DNA from: Candidatus Heimdallarchaeota archaeon
Lineage (GTDB): Archaea > Asgardarchaeota > Heimdallarchaeia > Heimdallarchaeales > Heimdallarchaeaceae
Direction of reading: 5' to 3'
NCBI GenBank assembly: GCA_019057815.1
Contig: JAHLWR010000025.1
Span: 1 to 49,081, forward strand
Length of the DNA: 49,081 bases
Part shown: piece after piece, positions 48,518-49,081 of the stretch
Position numbering within the stretch: position 1 is the first letter of the stretch
Layout of the letters: every line of letters starts with the position of its first letter
Made by a program: the position numbers and the translations under genes
The notes under the pieces: model-generated
Seen by the model: only the letters and a program-made list of their open reading frames with translations
Databases searched by the model: none
What the model was told of the DNA's origin: nothing

Positions 48518-49081
48518 ATGACATCACCGATTATTTTCTTAGGATATAATCATAATACAGGAGAATTTAAAGAAATTAAAGACAAATCAAAATTTCAAGA
48601 ATTACTTGAACAAGATTCAAAAGAAATTAGTAATAAGCTTGAAGAACTCAGTATGGATGGTATTTTATTCTTTAATAGTGATAAAGAGGAATGGCATCTA
48701 ATATATGGTCGTCATGTGGGATTAGTTGCACAACGAACTGGTCGCAGAATAGCAGATAACATAAGTAGATCCGGATTTTTGCTTTCCACGGGCGAGAGAG
48801 TCGGTGTTAAATGTAGACTTGAACAGTTAACTGAAGATGATATTGGAGATTTGTATAAATCGGTTCAAGAGAAGTACATTGAAACTGATTTAGGTGGTTT
48901 TCGAGGAGATTCGCGTCAAGACGCCTTCCCTGAAGTAGTTCATGCAGTATTAGAAAAACCAAAAGAGATTTCTCCAAAACCTGATCACGAACCTGTTGAT
49001 GAAGCTCCTTTGATTGTGGAAGGCATACCTGAACCCATTGATGAACCTACACCTGAACCCATTGATGAACCTACACCTGAA
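48518..49081 (+). CDS. paralog of 44805..45212 with Pro/Glu-rich repeat extension; runs off the window
   Basis: Manual translation MTSPIIFLGYNH...GLVAQRTGRRIADNISRSGF...GDSRQDAFPE...(PEPIDEPT)n; not in the ORF track. Confidence 0.88.
   Translation, partial: MTSPIIFLGYNHNTGEFKEIKDKSKFQELLEQDSKEISNKLEELSMDGILFFNSDKEEWHLIYGRHVGLVAQRTGRRIADNISRSGFLLSTGERVGVKCRLEQLTEDDIGDLYKSVQEKYIETDLGGFRGDSRQDAFPEVVHAVLEKPKEISPKPDHEPVDEAPLIVEGIPEPIDEPTPEPIDEPTPE
49028..49081. repeat. 24-bp tandem repeat (cctgaacccattgatgaacctaca) encoding PEPIDEPT
   Basis: 2.25 copies visible up to the window end. Confidence 0.92.

Overview
AT-rich archaeal chromosomal segment, most likely from an Asgard archaeon (Heimdallarchaeia-like). 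This assignment is inferred from archaeal ribosomal and transcription genes occurring with a Rab-like GTPase, a roadblock protein and a longin/uDENN-like protein. Both ends run out inside coding tandem repeats. Housekeeping content: rpl31e, rpl39e, pdcd5, rps19e, yhbY, rnp4, ftsZ, form III RuBisCO with ribose-1,5-bisphosphate isomerase, nep1, lipB-lipA, plsY, rpl11-secE-spt5, Sm-rpl37e, AcnX subunits, an EndoIII-like glycosylase, ZPR1, EndoQ and ADP-forming acetyl-CoA synthetase. There are 8 tRNA genes; 4 carry bulge-helix-bulge introns, including a two-intron tRNA(CAT) and a 29/30 intron. Most notable: (1) a ~6 kb accessory island between tRNA-Leu and tRNA-Glu. It holds an unusually large (652 aa) TnpB/Cas12-like RuvC protein with His at the expected RuvC-III Asp, a pseudoknotted omega-RNA-like structure over its 3' end and a decayed IS607-type tnpA upstream, plus a TM-NTPase-TPR protein and an orphan HEPN protein. 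(2) Two paralogous 5-TM proteins with ~550-aa sequon-rich helical ectodomains, both ending NVAAQ. (3) An unannotated G-U-rich multi-stem RNA candidate at 4912-5030. (4) A duplicated possible gelsolin-like domain gene flanking a compact serine recombinase cassette. All calls come from motif reading by eye; no database searches or folding programs were run.
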